Virus record (IMG/VR): IMGVR_UViG_3300012016_000003
Span: 23,612 to 87,611 of that record
DNA: 64,000 nt
From: a virus
Lineage: Duplodnaviria; Caudoviricetes
Reading direction: 5' to 3' (one strand)
The translations under genes were made by a program, and so were the position numbers. Positions 36,514 to 47,500 of this stretch are shown in pieces (the first letter of the stretch is position 1; each line of letters begins with the position of its first letter). The notes beneath the pieces are model-generated. The model ran no database searches. It was given only the letters and a program-made list of their open reading frames with translations, and had not been told where the DNA came from.

Positions 36514-37242
36514 ATGGTAACAAATCTTGCTTACTTTTTTGAAACCGCCAAGAAAGTGCGTGGCGGTAAGTGGGTTTGGGTAAAGGATAGCAACGGTGAG
36601 AACCGTAACAATATCCTCCTTGGCGGCACTATTGCCAACCCAAACAAGGGATTTGGTCATCTTTGGGCTGCACAGCTTATGCAATATACCCCAGGCCAGC
36701 CAATCCTGATTTTCCGTTCATTTGCGGTTTCTAAGGCTTCCGCAGCCAACGCAACTACTATTTACATCAAGGGTGACGGATATTCCGATGCGCCAGAGGT
36801 AGGTCAAATCATCATGATTGCACCAGACGCATTGACCGTGGAAACCGTAACGGCAGACACAACAACTGGTGCAGTAACCAAGACAGTGGCTGATTATACT
36901 GGTCAATCTGCAAAGATTACCAATGTGGTGTATAGCGAAGCTAACGAAGAGTTTACGGTCACTATCGACACTGCTATTGGCGAACTCACAACCGATTCAA
37001 TCCTTGTAGAAGCAAATGGCAGTGCAGCAAGCGCAACCGCAAAGGTTCTTTGCCCAAAGCCTAACATTTTCAATGAGGCAGACCGTGAGATGCTCCCGAC
37101 TGAGGGCTACGGCTTCCAAAATGCCAACTATAGCGTATCAGGAGTTTACAACAAGCAGGCTTGGATTGCACGCATGCAGCCACTGCCAAAGTATGTCCTT
37201 GCCTATAACCGTTCTCTTATTGACGGAATCTTTTGTATTTAA
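36514..37242 (+). CDS. Head decoration protein
   Basis: Thr/Ala/Val-rich; sits between scaffold and capsid. Confidence 0.55.
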   Translation: MVTNLAYFFETAKKVRGGKWVWVKDSNGENRNNILLGGTIANPNKGFGHLWAAQLMQYTPGQPILIFRSFAVSKASAANATTIYIKGDGYSDAPEVGQIIMIAPDALTVETVTADTTTGAVTKTVADYTGQSAKITNVVYSEANEEFTVTIDTAIGELTTDSILVEANGSAASATAKVLCPKPNIFNEADREMLPTEGYGFQNANYSVSGVYNKQAWIARMQPLPKYVLAYNRSLIDGIFCI

Positions 37243-37288
37243 TGGATAGCCAAGTACTAACAACGTAATAAAAGAAAGGAAATAAGAT

Positions 37289-38566
37289 ATGGCAAACGCA
37301 TTGAAATTCCAATTTACCCCTGATGAGGCAATCAACAAATTGTACCAAAGGGGCTTCATGGATGGAACTAACGTAGGTTTCCTCCAGTCTTTGATAGACA
37401 ACACCATCGAAATCGAAGAGAATGCCTTCTTCTGGCAAGACCACTTCCGTGTCGAGGGTAATGAATACGATATTGACCGCAGCGACTTGAAGAAGAACCC
37501 AGCTTGGACAGTAAAGCAACGTGTTGCACGCACCGTTCCTATGGCTGATGCAATGGCTCCGCTGAGTGAAACCATGCAGCTTGATGCTGAGGGCTTTGAA
37601 GAGAAGACTGGCTCTATCTACCAATATGGTAAGGGCTTGTTTGAAACCTCTATGTCAAAGCTTGAACTTGAAGCACGCCTTCGTGAACTCGGCCCAGACC
37701 AAAACCTTGTTGTAGGCTTTGTCCGTGGCGTTGCAGACCTTGTAAAGACACACAACCTCCGTATCTCTAACATGGCAGCTATGACTTTGAGCCGTGGTGG
37801 TGAGTATGGCAATACCATTGCAATCGCTAATGTAGCTGGAGGTACTGCAACCACACAAGGCTTCAGCGGTGTAACTGCAAACCAAAGTGCATACATCCCA
37901 GCAACCAACTACAAGCATGCTGGTGCAAAGGTATGGACTGATGCAACCGCAGACCTTCCAGAGCAGATGATGAAGATTGAGTATGACTTCAAGCAAGCCA
38001 ACAATCTTCCAGACACAATGGCATTTGAGTGGGATATTCCTTGGGATATGATGGTTACTGTTCTTATTAAGAACGCAGCATTCATCAAGGAAGTAAACCG
38101 CTACCTTGCACTTGGTGCTCCTGACAAGGTTATTATCGTGAACAACGGAACAAGCACTACCGATGTAGGTTCTATCACTGTAGACCAGTTGATTGCATAC
38201 AGCCGTTGGGAGTTGTCTAAGATTTCTCCTATCCGTATTGTTCGTGAACAGCAGACCGTACAAAATATCACTACCTACACAACCGTCAAGGGTTGGAAGC
38301 AAGGTGTGGCAGTTCTTCGCCCACTTGGATATGCTGGTGTATTGGTACACGCAAAGGTTGCTGATGTTGAGTTGATGCGCAGTGGTGAGGTTAATCGTGG
38401 TATTGACTTCTCTTTGGCAAAGGTTCAGGGCTTCTTGAACGTAATCAACAAGGTTACTCCAAACGGAATGCTGAAGTCCTACCATACCGATGTGATAGGT
38501 CGCTATGCAACCGTATTGAACGAAAGTAAGTATCACGTTATCGTAGACACTACTACCGCAGACTAA
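37289..38566 (+). CDS. Major capsid protein
   Basis: 425 aa, strong codon bias suggesting high expression, canonical position. Confidence 0.75.
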   Translation: MANALKFQFTPDEAINKLYQRGFMDGTNVGFLQSLIDNTIEIEENAFFWQDHFRVEGNEYDIDRSDLKKNPAWTVKQRVARTVPMADAMAPLSETMQLDAEGFEEKTGSIYQYGKGLFETSMSKLELEARLRELGPDQNLVVGFVRGVADLVKTHNLRISNMAAMTLSRGGEYGNTIAIANVAGGTATTQGFSGVTANQSAYIPATNYKHAGAKVWTDATADLPEQMMKIEYDFKQANNLPDTMAFEWDIPWDMMVTVLIKNAAFIKEVNRYLALGAPDKVIIVNNGTSTTDVGSITVDQLIAYSRWELSKISPIRIVREQQTVQNITTYTTVKGWKQGVAVLRPLGYAGVLVHAKVADVELMRSGEVNRGIDFSLAKVQGFLNVINKVTPNGMLKSYHTDVIGRYATVLNESKYHVIVDTTTAD

Positions 38567-38631
38567 TCTTGATAGATTTTGTGTATGTGTGAATGGTTTA
38601 CTTGATTTTTAGATAGAAAGGATTTTGTTAT

Positions 38632-39021
38632 ATGACCGTACTTGAATGGCTTGATTCATCAACGATGTATTCTTCTTTTACAACGAAGAACTTCATCAAG
38701 ATAGCAATGGATAGGGGTATAGACCCAGAAAGTGATGCCTATGCAGACATAACGGATAGGGAACGTGACCTTTTGACCGCAGACCTTATCTTTATGGCAG
38801 TGTTGCTACGCCCGTCAAACACCGCATCCTTGCAGCAAAGTCACAATGGTTTCCAAAAGACCATAGGTCAGGAGCAGGACTTCTATCAAGACGAGAAAAT
38901 CAAGTATGCCATCCGCATATACAAGAACTACAGTGACCCGAAAGGTGAGGAACTTGAAGAATACTTGAAAAATAGGAAAATCAAGTTCATAAGGATTGAA
39001 GATGAACTATGTGCAAGATAA
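38632..39021 (+). CDS. Head-tail connector (DUF6706-like)
   Basis: DLLTADL...SHNGFQKT pattern; position after the capsid. Confidence 0.6.
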   Translation: MTVLEWLDSSTMYSSFTTKNFIKIAMDRGIDPESDAYADITDRERDLLTADLIFMAVLLRPSNTASLQQSHNGFQKTIGQEQDFYQDEKIKYAIRIYKNYSDPKGEELEEYLKNRKIKFIRIEDELCAR

Positions 39022-39027
39022 AGGACT

Positions 39028-39363
39028 ATGGCACTGCACGATGGAATTTTGGAGTTCCCTTACAAGGGTGTAATTAGGAGAACCATCATTGAGGATGGCA
39101 AGGAAGACCAAGTTGTAGAAATCTACAACGGGGTTATGGATGAAACGATGAAGATGGACGATGAGGGACGTTCATTGCAGACTTCAGCCCATGTTGTTTC
39201 CATGCCATTGACAAAGGATAGTGACGGTAACTACATCATACCCATAAGGGGTGACAAGATTGAATTGTTTCGCTTTGGTCAAAGACTCTTGCTCACGGTT
39301 GACAATGCAGAACCTTCCCAACTTGACGGTATAAGCGTATATTGCAACCGCAACAAATGGTAA
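39028..39363 (+). CDS. Head closure protein
   Basis: Size and synteny. Confidence 0.5.
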   Translation: MALHDGILEFPYKGVIRRTIIEDGKEDQVVEIYNGVMDETMKMDDEGRSLQTSAHVVSMPLTKDSDGNYIIPIRGDKIELFRFGQRLLLTVDNAEPSQLDGISVYCNRNKW

Positions 39364-39373
39364 TAGGTATATT

Positions 39374-39916
39374 ATGGCTAACAAGGCAAATATAAAGTTC
39401 GATGATAAGTCATTAAGGAAAAACTTAATGAAAAACTATGAAACTATGCAAGCTGAACGCCTTGTTGCCTATGCCATTGAACAAATGAACCAGATGGGGA
39501 ACGAACTAAAGCAAAAGATGCTATACAAGCCTAGTGACCGAACACATAATATGCTAAACAGCTTGGTTTGGGCGGTGTATTATGACGGAAAGGAAAAGAG
39601 GCACGGGTTCTACCGAAAGTCGGCATCTACAAAGGGAGATTCCTATCTTCATGAGTTGGATGAAAATCCTATACCAGTGAACGGAAGGGAACTTGCAAAG
39701 CAGTTCTTGGCAACACACATACCTAGTGAAAAGGGATGGGAAATTGTTTGGGGCGTTCTTGTGCCATACTACGCATATTGGGAGGCAGGGCATGTGAATA
39801 TGTACCATTGGTCAAGGGTTAAGTTCGCAATGATGACGCAACACTATGACCAGATAAAGAACAAGCTTGGTTCTAAGGTTAATGTAACAATAGAAATATC
39901 AGTACCTAGATACTAG
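39374..39916 (+). CDS. Tail completion / neck protein
   Basis: DRTHNMLNSL and YYAYWE motifs resemble HK97 gp10-like proteins. Confidence 0.55.
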   Translation: MANKANIKFDDKSLRKNLMKNYETMQAERLVAYAIEQMNQMGNELKQKMLYKPSDRTHNMLNSLVWAVYYDGKEKRHGFYRKSASTKGDSYLHELDENPIPVNGRELAKQFLATHIPSEKGWEIVWGVLVPYYAYWEAGHVNMYHWSRVKFAMMTQHYDQIKNKLGSKVNVTIEISVPRY

Positions 39917-39917
39917 A

Positions 39918-40355
39918 ATGATAAACGATTCACGAATAGACATATACGAATATCTTACTAGCTTGATGAAGCAAGTAACGGATAATGTGTACCCTATGGG
40001 AGAACCGACCACAACAACGGAAAGTGATGTGGATAACGGCTTTATTGTAGTGCTTGTGGGTAGGCTTAATGATGATTCGGAGTTTACTTGTGAAACCTAC
40101 ATTTGGACTAGGTGCTATATTACGGCTTATGTGCCTAAGAAGAACCGAGGCATCCTAAACAATTCATTGTATAGGGAATATGAGGAAAGTATCAATGCCA
40201 TCATCAAGGCTGAACAAGAAAAGGAAGATGGCAGCAGGTACTTCATTGTTCCAGATACGGTTATTTCTATGGATGATGATGAAAAGACCCAAAAGAACAA
40301 CCAATACCACATCTTTACGAAATCTTTCATCGTGGGCACTGACTATCAAGAATAA
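39918..40355 (+). CDS. Tail terminator
   Basis: Size and synteny before the tail tube. Confidence 0.5.
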   Translation: MINDSRIDIYEYLTSLMKQVTDNVYPMGEPTTTTESDVDNGFIVVLVGRLNDDSEFTCETYIWTRCYITAYVPKKNRGILNNSLYREYEESINAIIKAEQEKEDGSRYFIVPDTVISMDDDEKTQKNNQYHIFTKSFIVGTDYQE

Positions 40356-40396
40356 AGAGATTATAAACAAATAAACAATAGAAAGGAAAATAGATT

Positions 40397-40906
40397 ATGG
40401 GAAAAACTACAGTTAAGGCTATCGCCCTAAAGTATGGCGACACCGCAGCAGCTACACCAGCTACCAAGTTGATGGGCGTATTGAGAGGATTGGCTATCGG
40501 TCAGGATGAACCAGATAGCACCGAAATCGAGGCTGAGTTCTATGACTCCCCATTCGACATCTTCTATGATGGCAACCCAGTAACACTGACCTTTGAGTTG
40601 GCTAACTACGAACTTTCCGAGTTGCCAGCATTGTTCGGTGGTACTTATGATGCAGATACCAACACCTATGAGGGTGCTGCAAACGCATTCACTAGTGAAC
40701 ACTCTTGGGAACTGGAGTTCCAGCGTGGTCATGCTTCATTGTATATCTACAAGGGCTTGACAGTTGGTACAATCAAGAAAGATGCCGATGGTGCATTGAA
40801 CTATTCAGTAACAATCACTGCATTGGTTTACACCGACACCAACAATGTTGACCACATGTATAAGATTAAGGGACGTGCGGCAACCACTACAACCACTAAT
40901 CCTTAA
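40397..40906 (+). CDS. Major tail tube protein
   Basis: 169 aa, beta-rich, high-expression codon bias, followed by a hairpin. Confidence 0.7.
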   Translation: MGKTTVKAIALKYGDTAAATPATKLMGVLRGLAIGQDEPDSTEIEAEFYDSPFDIFYDGNPVTLTFELANYELSELPALFGGTYDADTNTYEGAANAFTSEHSWELEFQRGHASLYIYKGLTVGTIKKDADGALNYSVTITALVYTDTNNVDHMYKIKGRAATTTTTNP

Positions 40907-40940
40907 TTAGAATAAAGGTTTAAGGCTATGTTTTCGTAAA

Positions 40941-40980
40941 CGTGGGGGTGCGTGAGGGTTTCATCCCTTATTGCACCCCT
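40941..40980 (+). terminator. Stem-loop after the tail tube gene
   Basis: GGGTGC-GTGAGGG...CCCTTATT-GCACCC. Confidence 0.5.
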
Positions 40981-41034
40981 TGTTTATGATATACAAGCCA
41001 AAAGGAAAAGTTTACGAAAACAAAAGAAACAAAG

Positions 41035-41662
41035 CATGAAAGAAAACAACAAGAATAAGACAAAGCCAAAGGATGAAGAACAAAAAGACGGGATAGAGGA
41101 TTTTCCTATAGACGTTAAGCGTGAACTTGTGGAAATCCTAAATGATTGCCCTTCACTTGTCCGCCTTGGAGATAAGGAATATAGGGTTGAGAATATGCGC
41201 TATTATTCCTTGTATCGCATTTGCAGGTTGGTTACGGATATGTATAAGGCTGATGAGGATTTAAGCGATGACAACAAGATTATCACTGCTCTATGCACCG
41301 ACCTTGATGCAATGTGTGAGATTGTTGGCATCATCCTTTGCAATCACTTGTTCACACCCGAAGGGGACAAGGTTCAAACCTTTGAGGAAATCCAGACAAG
41401 GAATGACTACTATGTAAGCGTGATGAAAGGAAAGGTCATGCAAAGTACATACGAGCCGAACCAATGGGCGGCTATAATAATCGGTGCTATAAAGTCTATT
41501 GACCTTTCAGGTTTTTTTTTACTCAAAAAATCGGTGAGTACGCTTACAAGTTCACTGCTGACGAGGAAGAAGAAATCAATGGAGATAGCATCACAATTTA
41601 TGGAAGCACTGTCATTGCAGACGCAGCCGACTTCCTCCGAGCATTCCCGCAATACCGACTAG
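41035..41662 (+). CDS. Tail assembly chaperone (0-frame product)
   Basis: Between tube and tape measure; likely start MKENNK at ATG41035; T9 slippery run at 41512-20. Confidence 0.7.
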
Positions 41663-41913
41663 ATGACTACCTTTTTAGGTTGAGCATTGCACAAATACAA
41701 TTCATGGCGGTAGACAACACGCACACCAAGTACTTGAAAGGTAGGGATAAGAAGGTTTGGACTACATACAAGGAGGCTTTGGAATCACAGCAAAAGTTGG
41801 ATAACTTTATGGCTGGTTTCGGCAAGTTCGATGACTTGAAAGAGGGCGAGGAAATAGACATCCCAGTCAAGCCAAAGAACAAGGACAAAATTATTGACAA
41901 GAAAACAAAATAA
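41512..41913 (+). CDS. Tail assembly chaperone -1 frame extension
   Basis: The -1 frame opens just before the T9 run and stays open to TAA at 41911-13 (FTQKIGEYAYKF...DAADFLRAFPQY...). Confidence 0.7.
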   Translation, partial: FFFTQKIGEYAYKFTADEEEEINGDSITIYGSTVIADAADFLRAFPQYRLDDYLFRLSIAQIQFMAVDNTHTKYLKGRDKKVWTTYKEALESQQKLDNFMAGFGKFDDLKEGEEIDIPVKPKNKDKIIDKKTK

Positions 41914-41922
41914 CACAAAGAT

Positions 41923-44900
41923 ATGGATGATGTTCTAATTGTTGGCAAACTTGATGATGGCGAATTAAGAAAGGCTATCGACTCGCTTGTTAATGACGTG
42001 GCTAACAAGTCTACTCAAATGGCACTTACCTTTGAACAAGCTATGGATAAGATGACCAATGCCATGAAAAACTTTGCCATTAGCCAAAATGTTAGCGTTG
42101 ACCTTATGCAAGAGGCTTGGAAGAAGATGTCGCAATCCTTTGATGCTATGGTAAAGGCGCAATCCTCTGGCACTGGAGGTTTTGGAGGAGGTGGAGGTGG
42201 AAGAAAAAAGTATGATGATGACACTATAGGCGCACTCAACGAACAAGTCAATCTTCAAAAACAAGTGGTGTTTGAGCAGCATCGAGGGACAGCAGAAGCA
42301 CAAGAGGCTGTAAACAAGCATAGGGAACTGCAAAGGCAATTTAAAGAGGAAACCACTGAAAGAAGAACACTTTCGGAAGTTATGGCAATGCAAGAAAAAA
42401 GCGTTGATGCCGTTGCCAAGAAAATGAAAGCATTGAAGAATGTTTCCGTTGACCCCAACAATACCATCGAGGTTAAGAAACTTGGCGATGAATACCAAAG
42501 GCTAAAAAGGCTTCAAGCGCAACTGTTAGGGCAAAGCATCCAACAAACAAAGTCAAACAACTATCTTGCCCAGTCATTCGGCTACATACGAAATCGTATA
42601 GTCTACGCCCTTACACTTGGTGCTATAACAAATTTCACAAAGCAAGTGTATGAAATCCGTGGTCAATATGAACTTCTGGAGCGTTCTTTAGGTGTGCTCA
42701 TAAATTCCTTTGAAAGAGGTTCAAAGATATTCCAAGAGTTGAACGCAATGTCTATAGAGTCACCGTTCACACTTATGGAGTTGGCTGGTGCTGCAAAACA
42801 ACTTACGGCATACAACTTTTCGGCAAAGGAGGTTGTTGACACTACAAGAAGGCTTGCAGACCTTTCCGCAGCATTGGGTGTACCAATGGAGCGACTGACA
42901 TACAACCTTGGGCAGATTAGGGCGCAAACGGTTCTTACGGCACGTGATGCCCGCGACTTTGCAAATGCTGGCTTACCAGTTGTAAAGTTGCTTTCCGACT
43001 ACTACACCGAACTTGAAGGTAAGGTTGTCAGCACTGGAGATGTGTATGACCGAATGAGCAAGAAGATGGTTTCCTACACTGATGTAATGACCGTCTTGAA
43101 CAAGGCTACCGATGAGGGTGGAAAGTTCTTTGATTTCCAAGCAAAGCAAGCCGAAACCCTACGTGTTCAAATGGCAAACCTTACACTTGCCTATAACAAT
43201 ATGCTTAATGAGGTTGGTAAGGCGAACCAAGGACTTTTAACAACGCCAGTAAAAGGCTTGAAGGTGTTGTTCCAAAATTGGGAGTCTATTGCACGTGTAA
43301 TCAAGAATTTAGGTTTATCATTCATATTCCTAAAAGCCACACAACTTGGCATGATGCCAGCATTCGGTGCATTGAATGCACACTTTGTTTCAACTGCACG
43401 TTTGGCGACTACATTAAGGGGTGTTGTTGTTTCACTCGGTTCTGCATTCAAGGCTCTATTTCTTAATCCTTGGACTTGGGTATTTGCTGGTATATTCGCA
43501 ATTACCGACCTTATAGGACAATCAAAAAGGGCAAGGGAAGAAGTTGCAGAGTTGAACCAAGAAATCAAGAAGGGTGCAGGAGAGGCTTCTAGTTCAAATA
43601 TAGAATACTTGATGAACAAGGGAAACCAAGCCACAAGAGAAGCAGCAGAAAAGGGCACACTTTCAGCAGAACAAGGGGAGAAAGCTTGGCAATCACTTGA
43701 AGAACAAATAAACACGTCTGCAATTTCAGCAAACAACCTTCTTGGGGAACTTTGGCAAATAGAAGATGTAAATGAACGTGTGGCAAAAGGCTTTGACTAT
43801 GTGGAAAGCATACAAAAGTCCCAAGCTGCATTGCAAGACCTAAAAGACAACACTATCAACGTCACACAAGACTACGGGTGGTTTGGCATATTTAGGGAAG
43901 GTCTAGTTAGCGACTTGAAAGATTACAAAGATGCTATAGCAGAATTTAACGAGCCTAACATCGAATCAATCAGTGCTTCGGCTATTAAAGATGCAGCTGA
44001 GTTCCGAAAAGAGCTTGATGTAACAGCTGAAAGCATTAACAATTTCTTGCAAATTCATGGAATAGAAGACCCAAAACAAGTAAGAGAAATACTTGAACGC
44101 ATCAAGATGCAAATAAAGATGCAAAATCCTGAGATAAAAGGGGAACTTGCACAGTTATTTGACATTGAACTAGACAAGAGGATGTACGAACTTACAAATG
44201 GCACTGTTGACAAGAATGAATCCTTGTGGAATATGTTTTTAGAAAGATTAGTAAGCCACTATCATTCTGCATTCGGAGATATAAATGAAGATTGGATTAG
44301 AAACTACAAAGAAGACCTATCCCCAGCACAACAAGAAGCCATTGATAAGAACTTAAAGTATTTCCAAGAAACTATGCCTTGGTATTACAAGGCCGTAGAG
44401 GGTATGGTTGCCGACGCAAGCAAGTTGCGCATAAATATCGGTTTGGCTTTCAATGTTCAAAGACTTACTGATTTACAAGACCAAGTAAATGAGAGAATAA
44501 AAAACGCATCTAAAGTACTTGACTTTGGAAATGCTTCTTTTCTACCGAACCAAAACGAGGATTTGCCAGAATGGGTTAAAAGGCAACAAGACGCAATAAA
44601 AAAATTGAAAGGAGATATTGAAACCTATTCTAAAGACAATAGTGCGTGGGCTAAACAAAGGATAGATGAAGCAAACACGGAAATCGGGCAACGGACAAAT
44701 CTTTTGGAATTGTTCGGTCAAACGGCAGAGGTTGCGAAAAAAACAACAACAAAACGGACTAGCACGGAAGATGTTCTTGGCAAGGCTTTGCAAAAAGAGG
44801 TTGAAATAATAACTAACATCCAAAAGAAATACAAGGACTATCAAAAGATAGGTGTTGATGCCCAAACCTCAATAACAAAGGCTACGGATGAATATGCAAG

Positions 44901-47364
44901 GACACTTGCAAGCACAAATGCTACATTGAACCAATATGGTATCAAGACAACCAAGAGTGGCAAGGAACTTGCAAATATGGACTTGCGTGACCTACGTTCT
45001 TACTATCAAGGCTTGCTTGCTATGGCTGCTGGATTAGGAAATGCAAAGGGTATAGAGGTTCTTGAAAAAGCCATATCAAACATCAATGAGGAAATCACAA
45101 AGGTAGACTACAAGAAGATTACCGATGGTTTAAATAACGAACTTGGCAAGTTGAAGGATGAATACGAGTTAGCCATTGAACTTGATGCAAATCCCGAACT
45201 CGGCAATATGTTTACCGATATGTTTGGCATAACGCCAGAAATGTTATCCGAAATGCCACACACGGTAGGACAACTTGTAGACAAATACCAAGATGAAATA
45301 GACAAACAACTAAAGGGTAAATTCAACACACCGTTTGACATTCTAAAGACCGACATAAACAAGTGGGTTAAAGATACTAACGTTGACCCCAATAGCGACC
45401 CTGTTAAGACCCTTACAAGTAAACAAAACGATGCAAGGGAAATGGTAAAGAAAACTTTTCTTGACACCCAAAAAATGATTGATGATTACATCAGTGAATA
45501 TGGCGACCAACAACAACAAATTGAAAAAATAGAAAAAGAAAAGAATAATGCCTTGCTACAGTTGAACAGTATCTACAATACCGAGGCTTTGAGGCAAACA
45601 AAAGAATACATCAATGCCAAGGAAGCAATAGAAAATGCAGCAAGGATAAAATCAGCAAAAGCGTCTTTTGATGCCCTAAAAAAGACAACCGACTATGAAA
45701 GATTCTTTAATGCCATTGATACATTAACATCAAAAGATGCACTCGCTATAAAGGCAAAAATAAAGCAAGGAATCATTCAGGCATTCAAAGATGGTGGTCT
45801 TACAGTATCGGAATTCAGAAGGGAAATAAAGGCACTTGAAAGTCAATTTGACAAGCTTACTGAATCATCTTCACTTTGGACTAATTACCTTAGTGGAGGC
45901 TTCGACAAACTTATTCAAAAAGCCAAAGAAACTGGTCAAGAGATTGAAGCCATTGGGGAAAGCATTTCTATAAAAGGTACTATTGATGATAAGGATAAGA
46001 ATTTCTTGCAGTCAATGGGCAGCATATTTAGCAATGGAAATGGTGGCGATATGGATTTTACATCGCTTATGAACAAGTTTGGAGGAAATATGAAAGGTCT
46101 TGGAGATGCCGTTAGCCAAGCAGGGCAAGGAATGCAACAAGGCGCAGGAGGATTTGCAAGTGCTGTAGCCGTAATAGACACGATTATCAAGAACGTACAC
46201 CAAACGGTTCAAGCAATCGGTTCTGTTATTGACGAACTTGATTCAGTTAGGAATGAAGACAGCAAGATAAGCAATGCCTATTGGGAAGGATTTAAGAAAT
46301 TCGACAATTATGCCATGTCTGGTTGGGAAAACCTAAAAAGTGGAAATGTGGCAGGTGCTATGGGAGATACCGTCAATAGCATCATTTCGGTATTCAATAC
46401 TTTCTCAAATGCAAAGAATGAAAAAATAAACAAGCAAATAAAAGAGTCCGAGCGCACCGTAAAAGACCTTGAAAATGCGTACAAGAACCTTTCTGCTGCC
46501 ATAGATGATTCTCTTGGAAATGCTGAAATAAAGGCACGTAGGGCAGCGGTAGAAAACAAAAAATTACAACTCGTCGAACTGGAAAGACAACTCCAACTGG
46601 AACAATCAAGAAGCAGTAAAAGACGGGATGAAGATAGAATTAAGGAATTACGAGGACAAATAACCGATGCAAGGAATGAAATCAAAGACCTCGCGGCAGA
46701 AATAACAAGCACATTATTAGGGAATGACATAAAATCGGCAGCAGAAGATTTTGTTAGTACTTGGGTAGCTGCTTGGCGACAAGGCGAAGATACAATGGAT
46801 GCTCTTAACAAGAAATTCGATGGCATGATAGACAATATGATTGCCAAATCTGTTGCATCATACCTTGTTTCAAAACGCCTCCAAAGAATCTTTGATACGG
46901 TCGATGAAATGACAAGTGAGAAATCAGAAGGTGGTGCTGAAATCACAATGAATGAATTAAAGCGGATAAAAAGCCTTATAGGTGACAAATCTATTGCAGA
47001 ACAAATCAATCAAGATTTGACAAACCTTTATGGAGCACTTGATATTGCTTATGGAGTCGATAGCGAGACAAACAAGAACTTGTCAGCTTTACAACAAGGC
47101 ATACAAGGCATTACCGAGGACACGGCTGGGGCAATAGAAGCCTATATGAACGGAATGTCGCAGCAAGTGTACCTACAAAGCGGTGTGCTTACCCAAATTC
47201 GTGACACAATACTAGGGTTTGAACTTGATGTGCAGCTTGGGGTATCTTCACAAATGTTACTACAGCTACAAAACAACTATATTGTTATGCAGTCAATACA
47301 GTCAATGATGGAGGGATGGACTACACCTAGTGGTCAAGGCATTAGGGTAGAACTTCTTAGTTAA
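41923..47364 (+). CDS. Tape measure protein
   Basis: 1813 aa, helical; SPFTLMELAGAAKQLTAY...LADLSAALG tape-measure motif. Confidence 0.9.
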   Translation: MDDVLIVGKLDDGELRKAIDSLVNDVANKSTQMALTFEQAMDKMTNAMKNFAISQNVSVDLMQEAWKKMSQSFDAMVKAQSSGTGGFGGGGGGRKKYDDDTIGALNEQVNLQKQVVFEQHRGTAEAQEAVNKHRELQRQFKEETTERRTLSEVMAMQEKSVDAVAKKMKALKNVSVDPNNTIEVKKLGDEYQRLKRLQAQLLGQSIQQTKSNNYLAQSFGYIRNRIVYALTLGAITNFTKQVYEIRGQYELLERSLGVLINSFERGSKIFQELNAMSIESPFTLMELAGAAKQLTAYNFSAKEVVDTTRRLADLSAALGVPMERLTYNLGQIRAQTVLTARDARDFANAGLPVVKLLSDYYTELEGKVVSTGDVYDRMSKKMVSYTDVMTVLNKATDEGGKFFDFQAKQAETLRVQMANLTLAYNNMLNEVGKANQGLLTTPVKGLKVLFQNWESIARVIKNLGLSFIFLKATQLGMMPAFGALNAHFVSTARLATTLRGVVVSLGSAFKALFLNPWTWVFAGIFAITDLIGQSKRAREEVAELNQEIKKGAGEASSSNIEYLMNKGNQATREAAEKGTLSAEQGEKAWQSLEEQINTSAISANNLLGELWQIEDVNERVAKGFDYVESIQKSQAALQDLKDNTINVTQDYGWFGIFREGLVSDLKDYKDAIAEFNEPNIESISASAIKDAAEFRKELDVTAESINNFLQIHGIEDPKQVREILERIKMQIKMQNPEIKGELAQLFDIELDKRMYELTNGTVDKNESLWNMFLERLVSHYHSAFGDINEDWIRNYKEDLSPAQQEAIDKNLKYFQETMPWYYKAVEGMVADASKLRINIGLAFNVQRLTDLQDQVNERIKNASKVLDFGNASFLPNQNEDLPEWVKRQQDAIKKLKGDIETYSKDNSAWAKQRIDEANTEIGQRTNLLELFGQTAEVAKKTTTKRTSTEDVLGKALQKEVEIITNIQKKYKDYQKIGVDAQTSITKATDEYARTLASTNATLNQYGIKTTKSGKELANMDLRDLRSYYQGLLAMAAGLGNAKGIEVLEKAISNINEEITKVDYKKITDGLNNELGKLKDEYELAIELDANPELGNMFTDMFGITPEMLSEMPHTVGQLVDKYQDEIDKQLKGKFNTPFDILKTDINKWVKDTNVDPNSDPVKTLTSKQNDAREMVKKTFLDTQKMIDDYISEYGDQQQQIEKIEKEKNNALLQLNSIYNTEALRQTKEYINAKEAIENAARIKSAKASFDALKKTTDYERFFNAIDTLTSKDALAIKAKIKQGIIQAFKDGGLTVSEFRREIKALESQFDKLTESSSLWTNYLSGGFDKLIQKAKETGQEIEAIGESISIKGTIDDKDKNFLQSMGSIFSNGNGGDMDFTSLMNKFGGNMKGLGDAVSQAGQGMQQGAGGFASAVAVIDTIIKNVHQTVQAIGSVIDELDSVRNEDSKISNAYWEGFKKFDNYAMSGWENLKSGNVAGAMGDTVNSIISVFNTFSNAKNEKINKQIKESERTVKDLENAYKNLSAAIDDSLGNAEIKARRAAVENKKLQLVELERQLQLEQSRSSKRRDEDRIKELRGQITDARNEIKDLAAEITSTLLGNDIKSAAEDFVSTWVAAWRQGEDTMDALNKKFDGMIDNMIAKSVASYLVSKRLQRIFDTVDEMTSEKSEGGAEITMNELKRIKSLIGDKSIAEQINQDLTNLYGALDIAYGVDSETNKNLSALQQGIQGITEDTAGAIEAYMNGMSQQVYLQSGVLTQIRDTILGFELDVQLGVSSQMLLQLQNNYIVMQSIQSMMEGWTTPSGQGIRVELLS

Positions 47365-47376
47365 ATACTTAAAAAA

Positions 47377-47408
47377 TTTGGAAACATTTAGTATTTTGTG
47401 TATCTTTG
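47377..47408 (+). promoter_or_regulatory. Bacteroidota promoter of the second HNH cassette
   Basis: TTTG (47377-80), 20-nt spacer, TATCTTTG (47401-08). Confidence 0.75.
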
Positions 47409-47409
47409 T

Positions 47410-47500
47410 AATAGGAATAGTCGGGTCTGGCCACCCGATGATAAGGGCGAAGCTTGCCCCGCCCTTTCCTATTTACATAGGGCAAGAATTAGAAAGGGTA
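47410..47500 (+). ncRNA. Structured 5' leader (three-way junction), same type as 11399
   Basis: P1 AATAGGA/TCCTATT, P2 TCGGG/CCCGA, P3 AAGGGCG/CGCCCTT; loop CTTGCCC pairs with downstream GGGCAAG. Confidence 0.65.

Noticed and set aside
37655-38536. 293-aa minus-strand ORF
   Set aside because: Antisense shadow of the codon-biased capsid gene; no motifs or promoter.
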